From: Candidatus Saccharimonadota bacterium
GTDB taxonomy: Bacteria > Patescibacteriota > Saccharimonadia > Saccharimonadales > UBA4665
Reading direction: 5' to 3'
DNA length: 64,000 nt
Assembly: GCA_027450065.1 (NCBI GenBank)
Contig: DAIDKK010000001.1
Coordinates: 13,438 to 77,437, forward strand
The notes beneath the pieces are model-generated. The model ran no database searches. It saw nothing but the letters and a program-made list of their open reading frames with translations, and was not told where the DNA came from. Made by a program: the position numbers and the translations under genes. This document shows positions 1-10,328 of the stretch, piece after piece. Position 1 is the first letter of the stretch; each line of letters begins with the position of its first letter.

Positions 1-1992
1 TCGACCAGCGATAATAAAACGGGCTGGACATGGGGGAGTAATGTTGCCTGGTTCTGCTATTCAGACAATCCATCGCCCTTGGCTTCCTTTGATGGCGCTA
101 ACTGTTCGACCGCTTGGGGTTGGGTGTTTGACCCAAGCAACTCGGGCTTATCGGTACGTGCCGACCTTCAGGTAGACGGGAATACTAAGATATGGGCAAA
201 CACCAGCACATACAGAGGTGATGTCAACGCCGCGTATGGCATTGGTGGTGTCCATGGTTTTAGCTACGACATATCGGGTTGGGTTAATGATGGTAGTGCA
301 CATACGATCAGTGTCTTTACGTATGACATAGATAGTTCCGGCAATATTACGAGGGGGCCTATCCTCATAGGCAGCAGGGTAGTTGGACCGTGCGATCCTG
401 CGCCACAAACCTATTTCGATGCAGCTAGTTGTTCGACGGCGTCGGGTTGGGCGTTCGATCGAAGTAATACAGGCGTGTCGATACCAGCCCACCTTCAAGT
501 AGACGGGAATACTAAGATATGGGGAACCGCAAATACCTCAAGACCTGATGTCAATGCAGCGTTTGGTATAGGTGGTAACCATGGTTTTAGCCTTGATATA
601 TCGAGCTTTGTATCAGACGGTGCGGTGCATACGATAAGTGTCTATACGTATAATATTAATAGCGCCGGTACAGTAACAGGAGGGCCTATCCTCATAGGCA
701 GCAAGACGGTTGGACCGTGTTATAGCTATACACTTACTCCTTCTGTATCTTCTCCGGCGGGGGCATATATTGAGGCGGGTGATGCACTCAATTTCCAGTA
801 CCAGGTTAAAAATTCCGGTCCTACTGCAAGTCTGGTCGTAGCGGATGCCATCAAGCAGTATGTGGTTCCGGTAGGGCAGAGCTTGAACACCTACACAATG
901 CAGGATAATATTACAGCCAATTGCCCAAATGCCTTTAGTACGACATTATGTGCAACGAGCTGGCAATTGCCGCCTCGTTCATTTGGAGTCGGTACTACAT
1001 CTGTAGATGCAACAGGTTCATCACCACCGTACACGCCAACGAGTACTGCAGGATTACCGATTGGGACAAGCATTTGTCAAATTTTGGCGCTTGACCCCGC
1101 GAGCCAGGATCCGTATGGCAATATCGTACATGGTCGCTGGTCTGCACCTTTCTGTGTGCGGATTGTGGCCAAGCCATACTTTACCGTTACGGGCGGCGAC
1201 ATTTCCTCGGATGGGAATATTACTTCTTGGAATGCCGATAATACTGGTGGGGCAGGTTATGCGGGCGCAGGCAGCCAGCTGGCTGCGCTTGCGACGGGCA
1301 ACATTACAAGCTTTGTGACTGGTACTGGCATGAGTGGCAACCCCTCTAGCCTCGCTTTTGCTAATACTACCGCAGCTGGTACGAAGTATGGCGGTGGCTA
1401 CACGGAAACGATGCCGACGCCCGTTATCTCGACTGCCGGAGCTACGGTACTGACCACGAGCACACCCTCTTTGTCATCTCTAAACGGTGTTTATACGCGC
1501 TCGGGAGATCTTACGCTCTGGGATCCCACACCTGCCGGCAAGAGCGTTACTATTGTGATGACCTCAGGGAATCTATACATTAGCAACAACATCTCTTATT
1601 CCTACGGAAGTCTGGCGCAGATACCACGGCTGACGGTCATTGTCCAGAACGGCAATATCTACGTCAATAACAATGTTAGCGAAATTCACGGTGTGTTTTA
1701 TGTTGGTGGAGCTGGGCAGGGTAACTTCTATAGCTGTGCCACGGGAATTGGGGCACCAAGTACTGATTACGACACCTGTAACCATCAATTAACTGTTTAT
1801 GGCGCGGTGACCGCTAATAAGCTGGTACTCAGTCGTAGCTACGGATCCGTCCATGCGACAACTGGTACCCCGGCAGCAGCGGCCGAGAACTTCTTTTACA
1901 GCCCCGAAGTTTGGCTTGCGCCCGCTACCTCTACAAGTGGCGGTACTGACACTGTGTATAACTCGTACGTTAGTTTGCCGCCGATACTGTAG
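1..1992 (+). CDS. Secreted/surface repeat protein, 5'-truncated by the window edge
   Basis: Frame 1 is open from nt 1 into ORF 79-1992. It has two tandem ~105-aa repeats (FDxxxCSTAxGWxFD..LQVDGNTKIW..HGF..HTISVxTY..GPILIG..VGPC) and a Ser/Thr/Gly-rich C-terminal half. No enzyme motif was recognised. Confidence 0.6.
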   Translation, partial: STSDNKTGWTWGSNVAWFCYSDNPSPLASFDGANCSTAWGWVFDPSNSGLSVRADLQVDGNTKIWANTSTYRGDVNAAYGIGGVHGFSYDISGWVNDGSAHTISVFTYDIDSSGNITRGPILIGSRVVGPCDPAPQTYFDAASCSTASGWAFDRSNTGVSIPAHLQVDGNTKIWGTANTSRPDVNAAFGIGGNHGFSLDISSFVSDGAVHTISVYTYNINSAGTVTGGPILIGSKTVGPCYSYTLTPSVSSPAGAYIEAGDALNFQYQVKNSGPTASLVVADAIKQYVVPVGQSLNTYTMQDNITANCPNAFSTTLCATSWQLPPRSFGVGTTSVDATGSSPPYTPTSTAGLPIGTSICQILALDPASQDPYGNIVHGRWSAPFCVRIVAKPYFTVTGGDISSDGNITSWNADNTGGAGYAGAGSQLAALATGNITSFVTGTGMSGNPSSLAFANTTAAGTKYGGGYTETMPTPVISTAGATVLTTSTPSLSSLNGVYTRSGDLTLWDPTPAGKSVTIVMTSGNLYISNNISYSYGSLAQIPRLTVIVQNGNIYVNNNVSEIHGVFYVGGAGQGNFYSCATGIGAPSTDYDTCNHQLTVYGAVTANKLVLSRSYGSVHATTGTPAAAAENFFYSPEVWLAPATSTSGGTDTVYNSYVSLPPIL

Positions 1993-2079
1993 GTCTATGA
2001 TGATTCAATACCCATATCGCCGGAAAAAAGAAAATACCCTTGCGGTGATGTATAACGCTCATGCTATAATCGAGACAAT

Positions 2080-3120
2080 ATGAGTATATTGAGTGGGGTA
2101 TCATCGTTCTTCGGTCTCGACATTGGTACTACCGGTATTCGTGTTGTTGAGCTCCGTGGTTCTGGGCCAACTCGAAGTCTCGTCAAGTACGCCTACGTGC
2201 CCGTGGAGGTTAAATTAGCTCAAAGCGATAGTCGGGCGGATCAGCAGAAACTTGCCCAGATTCTCTCTAACCTTGTCAACGAAGCCAAGTTATCAACCAA
2301 AAATGTTGCAGTCGGGCTACCAAGTAGCCGGGTATTCACGACGGTTGTCGATTTTGATCGTATTCCTCAGAACGAACTTGGTAAGGCACTCCTGTATCAA
2401 GCAGACTCACTTATCCCAACCCCACCGGCCGAGAGTAAGATAGACTGGGCTGTTATCGGCGACTCACCGAAGGACAAAACGAAACTTGAGGTACTCCTCA
2501 GTAGTGTCGCAAATAGCTTCGTGGAATCTCGTCTCGATATGATTGAATCAATCGGTCTGAATGTCGTTGCCTTTGAGCCCGATAGCCTTGCGCTTGCGCG
2601 GGCCCTTGTGCCAGCAGGGACGGTAGCACCACAGCTCCTGATAGATATTGGTCAGCTCAGCAGCGACATTGTTATTACGATGCAAGAGGCACCTCATCTG
2701 ACGCGTTCTATCCCGACTGGCGCAGAAGCCGTTGTTCGTTCCGCCATGCAGAATCTGAATATAGACGAGAAGCAGGCTCGACAGTTTGTTTACAAGTTTG
2801 GTGTCAGTAAGGATAAGCTCGAGGGACAGGTCTTCCAGGCTATTATAGGCACCGTTGATTTGCTTGTGAGTGAAATAGACAAGACAATTAAGTTCTTCCA
2901 GACTCGTTACCCAGATCAGCCCATTGAGCGCATGATTGTCACGGGGGGCGCCTCGACTATACCAGAATTTCCGCTATATCTTGCGAATAAATTTGGTGTG
3001 AATGTTGAGATTGGGAACGCCTGGCGAAATGTTGCGTTTGCCTCGGATCGTCAAAACGAGCTGCTTGCGGTATCTAACCAATTTGGTGTCGCCGTTGGTT
3101 TGGCGGAGAGGGATGAGTAA
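2080..3120 (+). CDS. pilM: Type IV pilus assembly protein PilM (actin-like ATPase fold)
   Basis: N-terminal FFGLDIGTTGIRVVEL motif, 346 aa, first gene of a pilMNO-pilBTC cluster. Confidence 0.85.
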   Translation: MSILSGVSSFFGLDIGTTGIRVVELRGSGPTRSLVKYAYVPVEVKLAQSDSRADQQKLAQILSNLVNEAKLSTKNVAVGLPSSRVFTTVVDFDRIPQNELGKALLYQADSLIPTPPAESKIDWAVIGDSPKDKTKLEVLLSSVANSFVESRLDMIESIGLNVVAFEPDSLALARALVPAGTVAPQLLIDIGQLSSDIVITMQEAPHLTRSIPTGAEAVVRSAMQNLNIDEKQARQFVYKFGVSKDKLEGQVFQAIIGTVDLLVSEIDKTIKFFQTRYPDQPIERMIVTGGASTIPEFPLYLANKFGVNVEIGNAWRNVAFASDRQNELLAVSNQFGVAVGLAERDE

Positions 3121-3770
3121 TGGTTCAGTTTAACCTCTTGCCGAATATTAAGCTTGAGTATGTCAAAGCACGACGCACAAAGTACTTGGTCACGTTCATA
3201 TCGATTGTAGTAGGTGGGGTAGCTATACTGGTGTTTGCTGTGTCTCTATTTGTGGTTGACGTGGCGCAAAAGAAAAGCTTAAGTGATCTGAATACAGATA
3301 TTGGAAAGTACAGCAAACAGTTGCGGGGTACGAAGGATCTCAGCGAAATATTGACCGTACAAAACCAGCTCAACACACTTACCGCCCTTCACGACGGGAA
3401 ACCAGCAGCAAGTCGGTTATTTGACTATATCACCCAGTTGACACCTGCACAGGCAAGCCTCAATAAATTAACAGTTGATTTTACGGGAAATACGATGTCA
3501 ATTGGTGGGACGGCCCCTTCACTAGATACCGTGAGCTTATACACCGACACCCTTAAAGCAACTCACTACACGACCGACAAAAACACCAATCAAACGGCTG
3601 CCTTTAGTAATGTCGTTTTGACCAACTTCGCGCGAGATGATAAGGGCGCAACTTTTACGATTACCCTCAGCTTTGACCCAGTAATCTTCCAGGGCACAAG
3701 TGCTGTAACGCTTATCGTACCAAGTACGGCATCTGCCGATCAAACAAATGTATTTCAGGCGGGGAAGTAG
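3120..3770 (+). CDS. pilN: Type IV pilus assembly protein PilN-like
   Basis: N-terminal FNLLPNIK (NLLP motif) followed by a single TM helix. TAATG overlap with pilM. Confidence 0.7.
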   Translation: MVQFNLLPNIKLEYVKARRTKYLVTFISIVVGGVAILVFAVSLFVVDVAQKKSLSDLNTDIGKYSKQLRGTKDLSEILTVQNQLNTLTALHDGKPAASRLFDYITQLTPAQASLNKLTVDFTGNTMSIGGTAPSLDTVSLYTDTLKATHYTTDKNTNQTAAFSNVVLTNFARDDKGATFTITLSFDPVIFQGTSAVTLIVPSTASADQTNVFQAGK

Positions 3771-3772
3771 CC

Positions 3773-4444
3773 ATGGCAAATAATCCTTCATCAAAACGAA
3801 TTCTTATAGACAAGGCGAATACCGCAGTTGTGGTAGTCGTGAGCGTGGCTGCGTTCTTAGCGGTTTTTTCGCTTGTCGCCACAAAGACACTTATCAGCCA
3901 GGCTGCATATCAAAACCGTGTTATTAGTGGCAAGCGTGTCGCCGTGAATCAACTCAAGTCAGATTTAAGCGCTATCCAGCAGCTTAAGAAGTCATATGAC
4001 GCGTTCAACTCTACGACACAGAACGCCATTGGCGGAAATCCAAATGGTACCGGCCAACAGGATGGGAATAATAGCAAGATAGTCCTTGACGCTCTGCCGA
4101 GTACCTATGACTTCCCAGCTCTGACCACGAGCCTTGAGTCACTCCTGTCTACGCAAAATGTCAAAATTAATACCATTTCTGGCACTGATGATGAGGTAGC
4201 GCAGTCCACAAACCAATCCAGCGCTAGTCCGTCACCCATTGCCATTCCATTTCAACTATCTGTGACCTCAAATTATGACAGCATCAAGAACGTCGTTAGC
4301 ACTTTTGAGCGCTCCATTCGCCCCATCCAACTCACCACACTTGATTTGTCTGGCGACCAAAAAAACTTGAATTTGTCTATCAATGCCGAAACATATTACC
4401 AGCCCGCAAAGGCACTCACCATTAATACGAAGGTCGTGCAATGA
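3773..4444 (+). CDS. PilO-like bitopic pilus alignment protein
   Basis: One N-terminal TM helix followed by a coiled-coil-like segment. Sits between pilN and pilB, with an ATGA overlap to the next ORF. Confidence 0.5.
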   Translation: MANNPSSKRILIDKANTAVVVVVSVAAFLAVFSLVATKTLISQAAYQNRVISGKRVAVNQLKSDLSAIQQLKKSYDAFNSTTQNAIGGNPNGTGQQDGNNSKIVLDALPSTYDFPALTTSLESLLSTQNVKINTISGTDDEVAQSTNQSSASPSPIAIPFQLSVTSNYDSIKNVVSTFERSIRPIQLTTLDLSGDQKNLNLSINAETYYQPAKALTINTKVVQ

Positions 4445-4692
4445 AGCAAAAAGACGTAACCCTTATTGTCATCATCGCATTTTTGAGCGCTATCGTATCA
4501 TTTATATTGTCAGGTAAAATATTTGTGACCCCTGCGAATAGGCAGCAGCCAGTTGAGGTTGTCGATAACATTTCAACGCAATTCAAACTGCCGGATTCTC
4601 GCTACTTTAATGCGAATAGCATCAATCCAACAGTTACTTCTCAACTTGGCACCGATACCAACCAAAACCCATTTAATAATACGACAAAGTAA
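4441..4692 (+). CDS. Small single-pass membrane protein of the pilus cluster
   Basis: 83 aa with an N-terminal TM helix. Translationally coupled (ATGA) to the pilO-like gene. No family recognised. Confidence 0.4.
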   Translation: MKQKDVTLIVIIAFLSAIVSFILSGKIFVTPANRQQPVEVVDNISTQFKLPDSRYFNANSINPTVTSQLGTDTNQNPFNNTTK

Positions 4693-4700
4693 GGGCTGCT

Positions 4701-6509
4701 GTGAGTGTACTATCAGCAACTGCCCAAACGCAGGTCGAGGATAAGCTTGTTGAAGACAAGATATTGACTCGTGCTGATTTGTCAGAGCTAAAAAAGCAGT
4801 CTAAAGACACGGCCACACCACTTTTTGGCCTTTTAGTCACGAGTGGAAAGGTCACAAACGAGCAGCTAACGAAAACAGTCGCGCAGGTGTCGAAGATACC
4901 GTATGTCAATCTGCTAGAGGCGAAAATTGACAATAAGGTGCTCGAACTTTTGCCCCAGGATGTTGCGGAACGATACATGGCGGTACCGCTCGGCGAAATG
5001 CAGCATCGTTTAGTGGTGGCTATGCTTGATGCAGATAATGTGCAGGCCGTTGACTTTCTTAGTAACCGCATAGGACGTCCGCTGAAGGTCTATGCGGCTA
5101 GCGAAGAGGGTATTCGTCAGATACTGCACCAGTATGAGGCAAAAATATCCGACAATCTTGTGAGTGCGATTGGTGAAATTGGCGATAACATCAAGATTGA
5201 TACGACCGACCAGCAAGAGAAGGCAGCCCAAAAGGCGGCCGAAAGAGACAGTATTAAGACAATTGTGCAGGATTCACCAATTAGCAAGGCGCTCTCGACA
5301 ATTTTGGAATATGCTGCGAAGAATCGAGCTAGTGATGTACACATTGAGCCAATGAAGGATAGTCTGAAAATCCGCTGCCGTATTGACGGTATTTTGCGCG
5401 AGATTATGATGCTACCGAAAAGCACTGAGCCTCCACTCGTATCACGTATAAAAATTTTATCCAATCTAAAGATTGACGAGCATCGAATTCCGCAGGACGG
5501 TGAATTTACGATTAATGTTGCCGGGAAAGATATCGACCTTCGTATTGCCATAAGTCCGGTCGTATGGGGTGAGCAAGTCGTCATTCGTTTACTGGATAAG
5601 ACGGGCACGAGCTTTAAGCTTGAGGATATGGGCTACACGGGTCGGAGCTTGCGAACAATTCGTGACGGACTTAAACGTACCAATGGCATGATTCTGACTT
5701 CGGGACCAACTGGCTCTGGAAAATCAACCAGCCTGTACGCACTCCTTCAGGAGGTTAAAACCGATGCAGTAAATATTGTGACGCTTGAAGACCCAGTGGA
5801 ATACAAAATGGAAGGCGTGAATCAGATACAGGTAAATGCCGATATCGGCCTGACATTCGCAAGTGGACTTCGCTCTATCTTGCGTCAAGACCCGGACATA
5901 GTGATGGTAGGGGAGATTCGTGATAGGGAGACGGCGGAGCTAGCAGTGCAGGCGAGCTTAACGGGACACCTTGTGTTTAGCACCTTGCACACTAATAGCG
6001 CAGCTGGAATCTTACCCCGCTTACTTGATATGGGTGTTGAGCCGTTCCTGATTGCCAGCACGGTACATGTCGTCATTGGCCAGAGATTGGCGCGCCGTAT
6101 TGGCAAGCAAACTGAGCAGTATCAGTCAGATGCCGTCGAAACAGCCGCTATAAAGGAGGCACTTGGCAGTTTGCTCCCGAAAGACGCCGAGCATATGAAA
6201 GAAGTCGCCAGTGATCTCGGTTACGAGAGCTTGCCTTTGGCTAGTGATACCGCTTATACTTTAACTAGGGGCAAGGAGAGTCCTGAAACCCCCGGAGGTT
6301 ATAAGGGGCGAATGGGCTTGTACGAGGTTTTCAACGTGAGCGAGCAGATCCAGCAACTCATCTTAAATCGGTCAACAAGCTCGGAGATTCAGCGCCAAGC
6401 AGAGCAAGAGGGCATGATAAGCATGCGACAAGATGGCTACATGAAAGCGCTCGCTGGCTATACAACTGTACAAGAAGTTAATCGTGTCGCTTCGGCAAAC
6501 AGCGCATAA
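4701..6509 (+). CDS. pilB: Type IV pilus assembly (extension) ATPase PilB/GspE family
   Basis: 602 aa with a GTG start. Walker A SGPTGSGKST, conserved LRQDPDIVMVGEIRD and FSTLHTN boxes, and an N-terminal GSPII_E_N-like domain. Confidence 0.9.
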   Translation: MSVLSATAQTQVEDKLVEDKILTRADLSELKKQSKDTATPLFGLLVTSGKVTNEQLTKTVAQVSKIPYVNLLEAKIDNKVLELLPQDVAERYMAVPLGEMQHRLVVAMLDADNVQAVDFLSNRIGRPLKVYAASEEGIRQILHQYEAKISDNLVSAIGEIGDNIKIDTTDQQEKAAQKAAERDSIKTIVQDSPISKALSTILEYAAKNRASDVHIEPMKDSLKIRCRIDGILREIMMLPKSTEPPLVSRIKILSNLKIDEHRIPQDGEFTINVAGKDIDLRIAISPVVWGEQVVIRLLDKTGTSFKLEDMGYTGRSLRTIRDGLKRTNGMILTSGPTGSGKSTSLYALLQEVKTDAVNIVTLEDPVEYKMEGVNQIQVNADIGLTFASGLRSILRQDPDIVMVGEIRDRETAELAVQASLTGHLVFSTLHTNSAAGILPRLLDMGVEPFLIASTVHVVIGQRLARRIGKQTEQYQSDAVETAAIKEALGSLLPKDAEHMKEVASDLGYESLPLASDTAYTLTRGKESPETPGGYKGRMGLYEVFNVSEQIQQLILNRSTSSEIQRQAEQEGMISMRQDGYMKALAGYTTVQEVNRVASANSA

Positions 6510-6526
6510 CAAGAAAGAGGCAAAAG

Positions 6527-7600
6527 GTGGCAACGCAAGGACAGCCAAGAATTGAAATACTTCTAGAAGAAGTCGTTAAGCGTAAAGCTTCAGACTTGCA
6601 TCTTCAGGTTGGCTTGCCGCCTATGCTTCGAGTCGATGGTGCGCTCGTGGCTGTTCCGGCAGCAGATGTTTTAACTGAAGAAACAGTCGAGACGCTTATA
6701 TTTGCAATTTTGGACGAAGATCAAAAGCAGATTCTACTCAAAGATAAAGAATTCGACTTTAGTTTTGCATTCGGTGACCTCGGGCGATTCCGTGTCAATG
6801 CCTTTCATGAACGGGGCAACCTAGCGGCCGCCCTGCGGCTTATCCCTAATGAAATGCTCAGCATCGAACAACTGGGCCTCCCTGCAGTAGTTGGTAAGTT
6901 TGCTGAATATCCTCGCGGGCTAGTTCTCGTGACAGGACCAACGGGCTCCGGAAAGTCAACGAGTCTTGCTGCGCTCATCCATAAAATCAACATGGAGCAG
7001 CCAAAGCATATTATTACCATCGAAGACCCGATTGAGTACACGCATAAGAGTAAAAAATCAGTCATTGTACAGCGCGAAGTACATTATGACACCTACTCGT
7101 TCAGCGCAGCACTGCGTAGCTCACTTCGTGAAGACCCAGACGTAGTGCTCATCGGTGAGATGCGCGACCTCGAAACCATTGCGAGCGCCATTACCATTGC
7201 AGAAACTGGTCACTTGGTGTTTGCGACACTGCACACCAACAACGCTGCGCAGAGCATCGACCGTATGGTCGACGTATTTCCACCTCACCAGCAGCCTCAA
7301 ATACGTGCTCAGCTGTCGAATATCTTGATGGCTATCTGTAGCCAACGGCTGATACCGGCTATCGGTGGCGGTCGTATCGCGGCAGCAGAAATTTTGGTTG
7401 CGACACCAGCCGTTCGGAACATCATTCGAGAAGGCAAAACTCACCAGCTTGACGCTGTTATCCAGACAGGTGCAGAGTTTGGTATGCAGAGTATGGATAA
7501 GCAGCTGGTACAACTTATTCACGCCGGAACGATTAGCTACGACGAAGCACGAAACTTCGCAGTTGATATTGATGAACTTGATCGTCTCATGAGGGATTAA
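6527..7600 (+). CDS. pilT: Twitching motility (retraction) ATPase PilT
   Basis: 357 aa. Walker A GPTGSGKST, LREDPDVVLIGEMRD, and the PilT signature AVRNIIREGKTHQL. Confidence 0.9.
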   Translation: MATQGQPRIEILLEEVVKRKASDLHLQVGLPPMLRVDGALVAVPAADVLTEETVETLIFAILDEDQKQILLKDKEFDFSFAFGDLGRFRVNAFHERGNLAAALRLIPNEMLSIEQLGLPAVVGKFAEYPRGLVLVTGPTGSGKSTSLAALIHKINMEQPKHIITIEDPIEYTHKSKKSVIVQREVHYDTYSFSAALRSSLREDPDVVLIGEMRDLETIASAITIAETGHLVFATLHTNNAAQSIDRMVDVFPPHQQPQIRAQLSNILMAICSQRLIPAIGGGRIAAAEILVATPAVRNIIREGKTHQLDAVIQTGAEFGMQSMDKQLVQLIHAGTISYDEARNFAVDIDELDRLMRD

Positions 7601-7604
7601 CGCC

Positions 7605-8822
7605 ATGCTTACATATACCTATACCGCTCGCAATCCCCAAACAGGTAAGATTGTGAAATCAATGGTGGAGGCAGAGAGTGAAGCCGCCGCCGCCAGATTA
7701 ATTAGTAATGAGAACCTCGTGGCCACGGATATTAGACTCCAATCCGAAAGACTGAGCATACTTGGAGGTAAGAGCAAGGTGAAGGCCAAGGACCGAGTCT
7801 TGTTTAGTCGACAGCTCAGTACGCTTATAAATGCCGGGCTACCCCTCTTGCAGGCGTTGCGTAGTGTTAACCAGCAGGCCACCAGTAAGCCGCTGAAGAT
7901 TGTCCTGAGTAAGATAATTGGAGATATTGAAGCGGGAAGTACACTCGCGACGGCAATGGGTCGTCATCCGAAGGTTTTTAACCAAGTCTATCTGAGCTTA
8001 ATAGCAGCCGGAGAGTCATCCGGTACACTTGATGCGGCACTGGATCGTCTGGCCGTTCAGCAGGAGAAAGAAGCCGACCTCAATAGCAAAATTCGCGGTG
8101 CCATGATTTATCCTATGGTTGTGCTGCTCGTTATGACGGCTGTCGTAGGTTTTATGGTGGTCAAAGTACTTCCACAGGTCAAGAATATATATGATGGCCT
8201 ACAGAATGCTAGCCTACCACTCATCACTCGCATAATGTTATCTATCTCCGATTTCACCATTCACTTCTGGTGGGTTGTACTGCTGGCTGTGGCGGTCCTG
8301 GCATTCTTTACGACTCGATGGGCTCGAACTGGGCCAGGCAAAGAGGTAATTGATACTCTTAAGATGAAGGCATGGCCAATTGGCCCATTATTCATGAAAG
8401 TATATATGGCAAGGTTTGCTCGAACAGGTACGACGTTGGTAGCGAGTGGAGTCCCCTTATTGCAGATGCTGAGTATTACCGGGCAAGCTGTTAATAATAT
8501 TCATATCCAGCGCGCTATATCGAAGGCAGCCGAAAAGGTTAAGGGCGGAAAAAGCCTAGCCGACAGTATCGAGCACGACCCGCATTTTTTACCACTTGTA
8601 CCTAATATGGTGCGAATCGGTGAACAATCAGGCGCCATTGAGCAGATGATGTCAAAGCTCGCCGATTACTACGAGAAAGAGGTTGATACGGAAGTCGATA
8701 ACATCTCCTCGATTATTGAACCTGTTATGATGGTGCTGCTCGGTATTGTTGCGTTCATTATTGTCGCGGCCGTGCTGCTGCCAATATATGGTCTCGCAGG
8801 GCAGTCAGGCTTTGGGGGTTAG
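7605..8822 (+). CDS. pilC: Type IV pilus platform protein PilC (GspF family)
   Basis: 405 aa with a duplicated GspF-type domain and 3 TM segments. Directly follows pilT. Confidence 0.9.
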   Translation: MLTYTYTARNPQTGKIVKSMVEAESEAAAARLISNENLVATDIRLQSERLSILGGKSKVKAKDRVLFSRQLSTLINAGLPLLQALRSVNQQATSKPLKIVLSKIIGDIEAGSTLATAMGRHPKVFNQVYLSLIAAGESSGTLDAALDRLAVQQEKEADLNSKIRGAMIYPMVVLLVMTAVVGFMVVKVLPQVKNIYDGLQNASLPLITRIMLSISDFTIHFWWVVLLAVAVLAFFTTRWARTGPGKEVIDTLKMKAWPIGPLFMKVYMARFARTGTTLVASGVPLLQMLSITGQAVNNIHIQRAISKAAEKVKGGKSLADSIEHDPHFLPLVPNMVRIGEQSGAIEQMMSKLADYYEKEVDTEVDNISSIIEPVMMVLLGIVAFIIVAAVLLPIYGLAGQSGFGG

Positions 8823-8946
8823 CCTATGGTGCATATCTGTGGGGAAAGCACAGAATTTCCACGGTAGTATAAAAATAAGTTGCGTTTAGGGCAGAATATT
8901 TGTATATTCAAGCCATAAGCGTTAATAAGCAAAGGGGCACTTGCGT

Positions 8947-9396
8947 ATGTACAAGAAACTTCAGCAACGTAAACAAGGGGGCTTCACTATCATCGAAGTA
9001 TTGATAGTGCTCGCAATCGCCGGCTTGATCATGGTCGTCGTATTTTTGGCTGTACCGAACCTGCAGCGTAGCCAACGGAACAACGCCCGTAAGTCAGATG
9101 CTAATAACATGCTTCAGAACCTTAGCGAGTACATCGGTAACGCAAATGGTTCATTACCATCCTCATGTACAAGCCTATCGGCCTGTTCGTGGATTACGTA
9201 TAAGCCCGCACAACTAACGACTGTTACCTATGGTACGACAGTCCCAGCTACCCCGGATAAAGCTACGGCTTATCTTATATCCGGCGTTGTCTGTAATGGC
9301 GTTACGCCAACGACAACTGGCGCAACAAGTCGCGACTACGTGATTTGGTATGGTATCGAAGGTAGTACTGGTACCGTTTGTACGCAAGGCTCCTAG
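8947..9396 (+). CDS. pilA: Major type IV pilin (prepilin with class III signal peptide)
   Basis: MYKKLQQRKQG/FTIIEVLIVLAIAGLI N-methylation motif and two Cys pairs in the C-terminal half. The ATG at 8947 is preferred over the TTG at 8941. Confidence 0.8.
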   Translation: MYKKLQQRKQGGFTIIEVLIVLAIAGLIMVVVFLAVPNLQRSQRNNARKSDANNMLQNLSEYIGNANGSLPSSCTSLSACSWITYKPAQLTTVTYGTTVPATPDKATAYLISGVVCNGVTPTTTGATSRDYVIWYGIEGSTGTVCTQGS

Positions 9397-9417
9397 CCTA
9401 AAACTGTACTGATACAT

Positions 9418-9446
9418 AAAAACAGGGCCTTCTGGCTCTGTTTTTA
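9418..9446 (+). terminator. Hairpin plus T-run after the pilin gene
   Basis: aaaaacagggccttctggctctgttttt, an imperfect GC stem followed by T5. Confidence 0.5.
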
Positions 9447-9464
9447 TGTGATACTATAGCGGTA

Positions 9465-10292
9465 ATGGATATTTTAGCAGTCGGCACTCTCGGATTGGTA
9501 CTGGGTAGTTTTGTAAATGCCTTAGTTTGGCGTTTGCATGAGCAGAGCAAACGTCACAAAAAGGCATCGAAGGTGCCAGGCAAGGACTTATCAATTCTTC
9601 ATGGGCGAAGTATGTGCCCTGATTGCCACCACACGCTTGCTGCACAGGACCTGGTGCCCGTGTTTAGCTGGTTGTCGCTACGAGGGCGCTGTCGCTACTG
9701 TAAGAAGCCTATATCAGTCCAATATCCTCTTGTTGAATTGCTTACGGCGCTGCTCTTTGTGGTCGCATACATCTCTTGGCCTTTTGGACTTAATGTACAA
9801 GGCATATTTCAGCTGGGATTTCTTGGGCTTTATATTGTATTTTTTATGGCCCTTGCAGTGTATGACGTGCGATGGTTCTTATTGCCAGACCGCCTCGTGT
9901 TTCCTCTTATTGGAATGAGTGCTATCCAGTCGATAAGTATGGCACTATGGCACGGTGACATTGTACGCTTGTGGGCGCCTCTTGCTGGTGCCGCGGTAAT
10001 ATATGGTCTATTTTGGGGACTGTATCAGGTATCAAATGGGGAGTGGATTGGCGGAGGGGATGTAAAACTGGCCATTGCACTGGGCTTAATTGCCGGCTCC
10101 CCCATCAATGCACTTTTGGTCATATTTTTTGCATCTCTGTTTGGAACTATTGTCAGTGCACCCTTGCTGCTACGAGGTAAATCAGGCCTTGCTCAACATA
10201 TTCCTTTCGGGCCATATCTTTTGGCTGCTTGCTTTATCGTTGTGCTGTACGCCGATAAATTTATTTTGTGGTATCAGCACAGTTTGCTGTAG
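9465..10292 (+). CDS. pilD: Prepilin peptidase / N-methyltransferase PilD (peptidase A24)
   Basis: CPDC...CRYC zinc-like motif, polytopic membrane protein, conserved GGGDVKLAIALG aspartyl motif. Confidence 0.85.
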   Translation: MDILAVGTLGLVLGSFVNALVWRLHEQSKRHKKASKVPGKDLSILHGRSMCPDCHHTLAAQDLVPVFSWLSLRGRCRYCKKPISVQYPLVELLTALLFVVAYISWPFGLNVQGIFQLGFLGLYIVFFMALAVYDVRWFLLPDRLVFPLIGMSAIQSISMALWHGDIVRLWAPLAGAAVIYGLFWGLYQVSNGEWIGGGDVKLAIALGLIAGSPINALLVIFFASLFGTIVSAPLLLRGKSGLAQHIPFGPYLLAACFIVVLYADKFILWYQHSLL

Positions 10293-10328
10293 TTAAACCT
10301 AGTATCGCTTATGCTATACTGAAATCAT

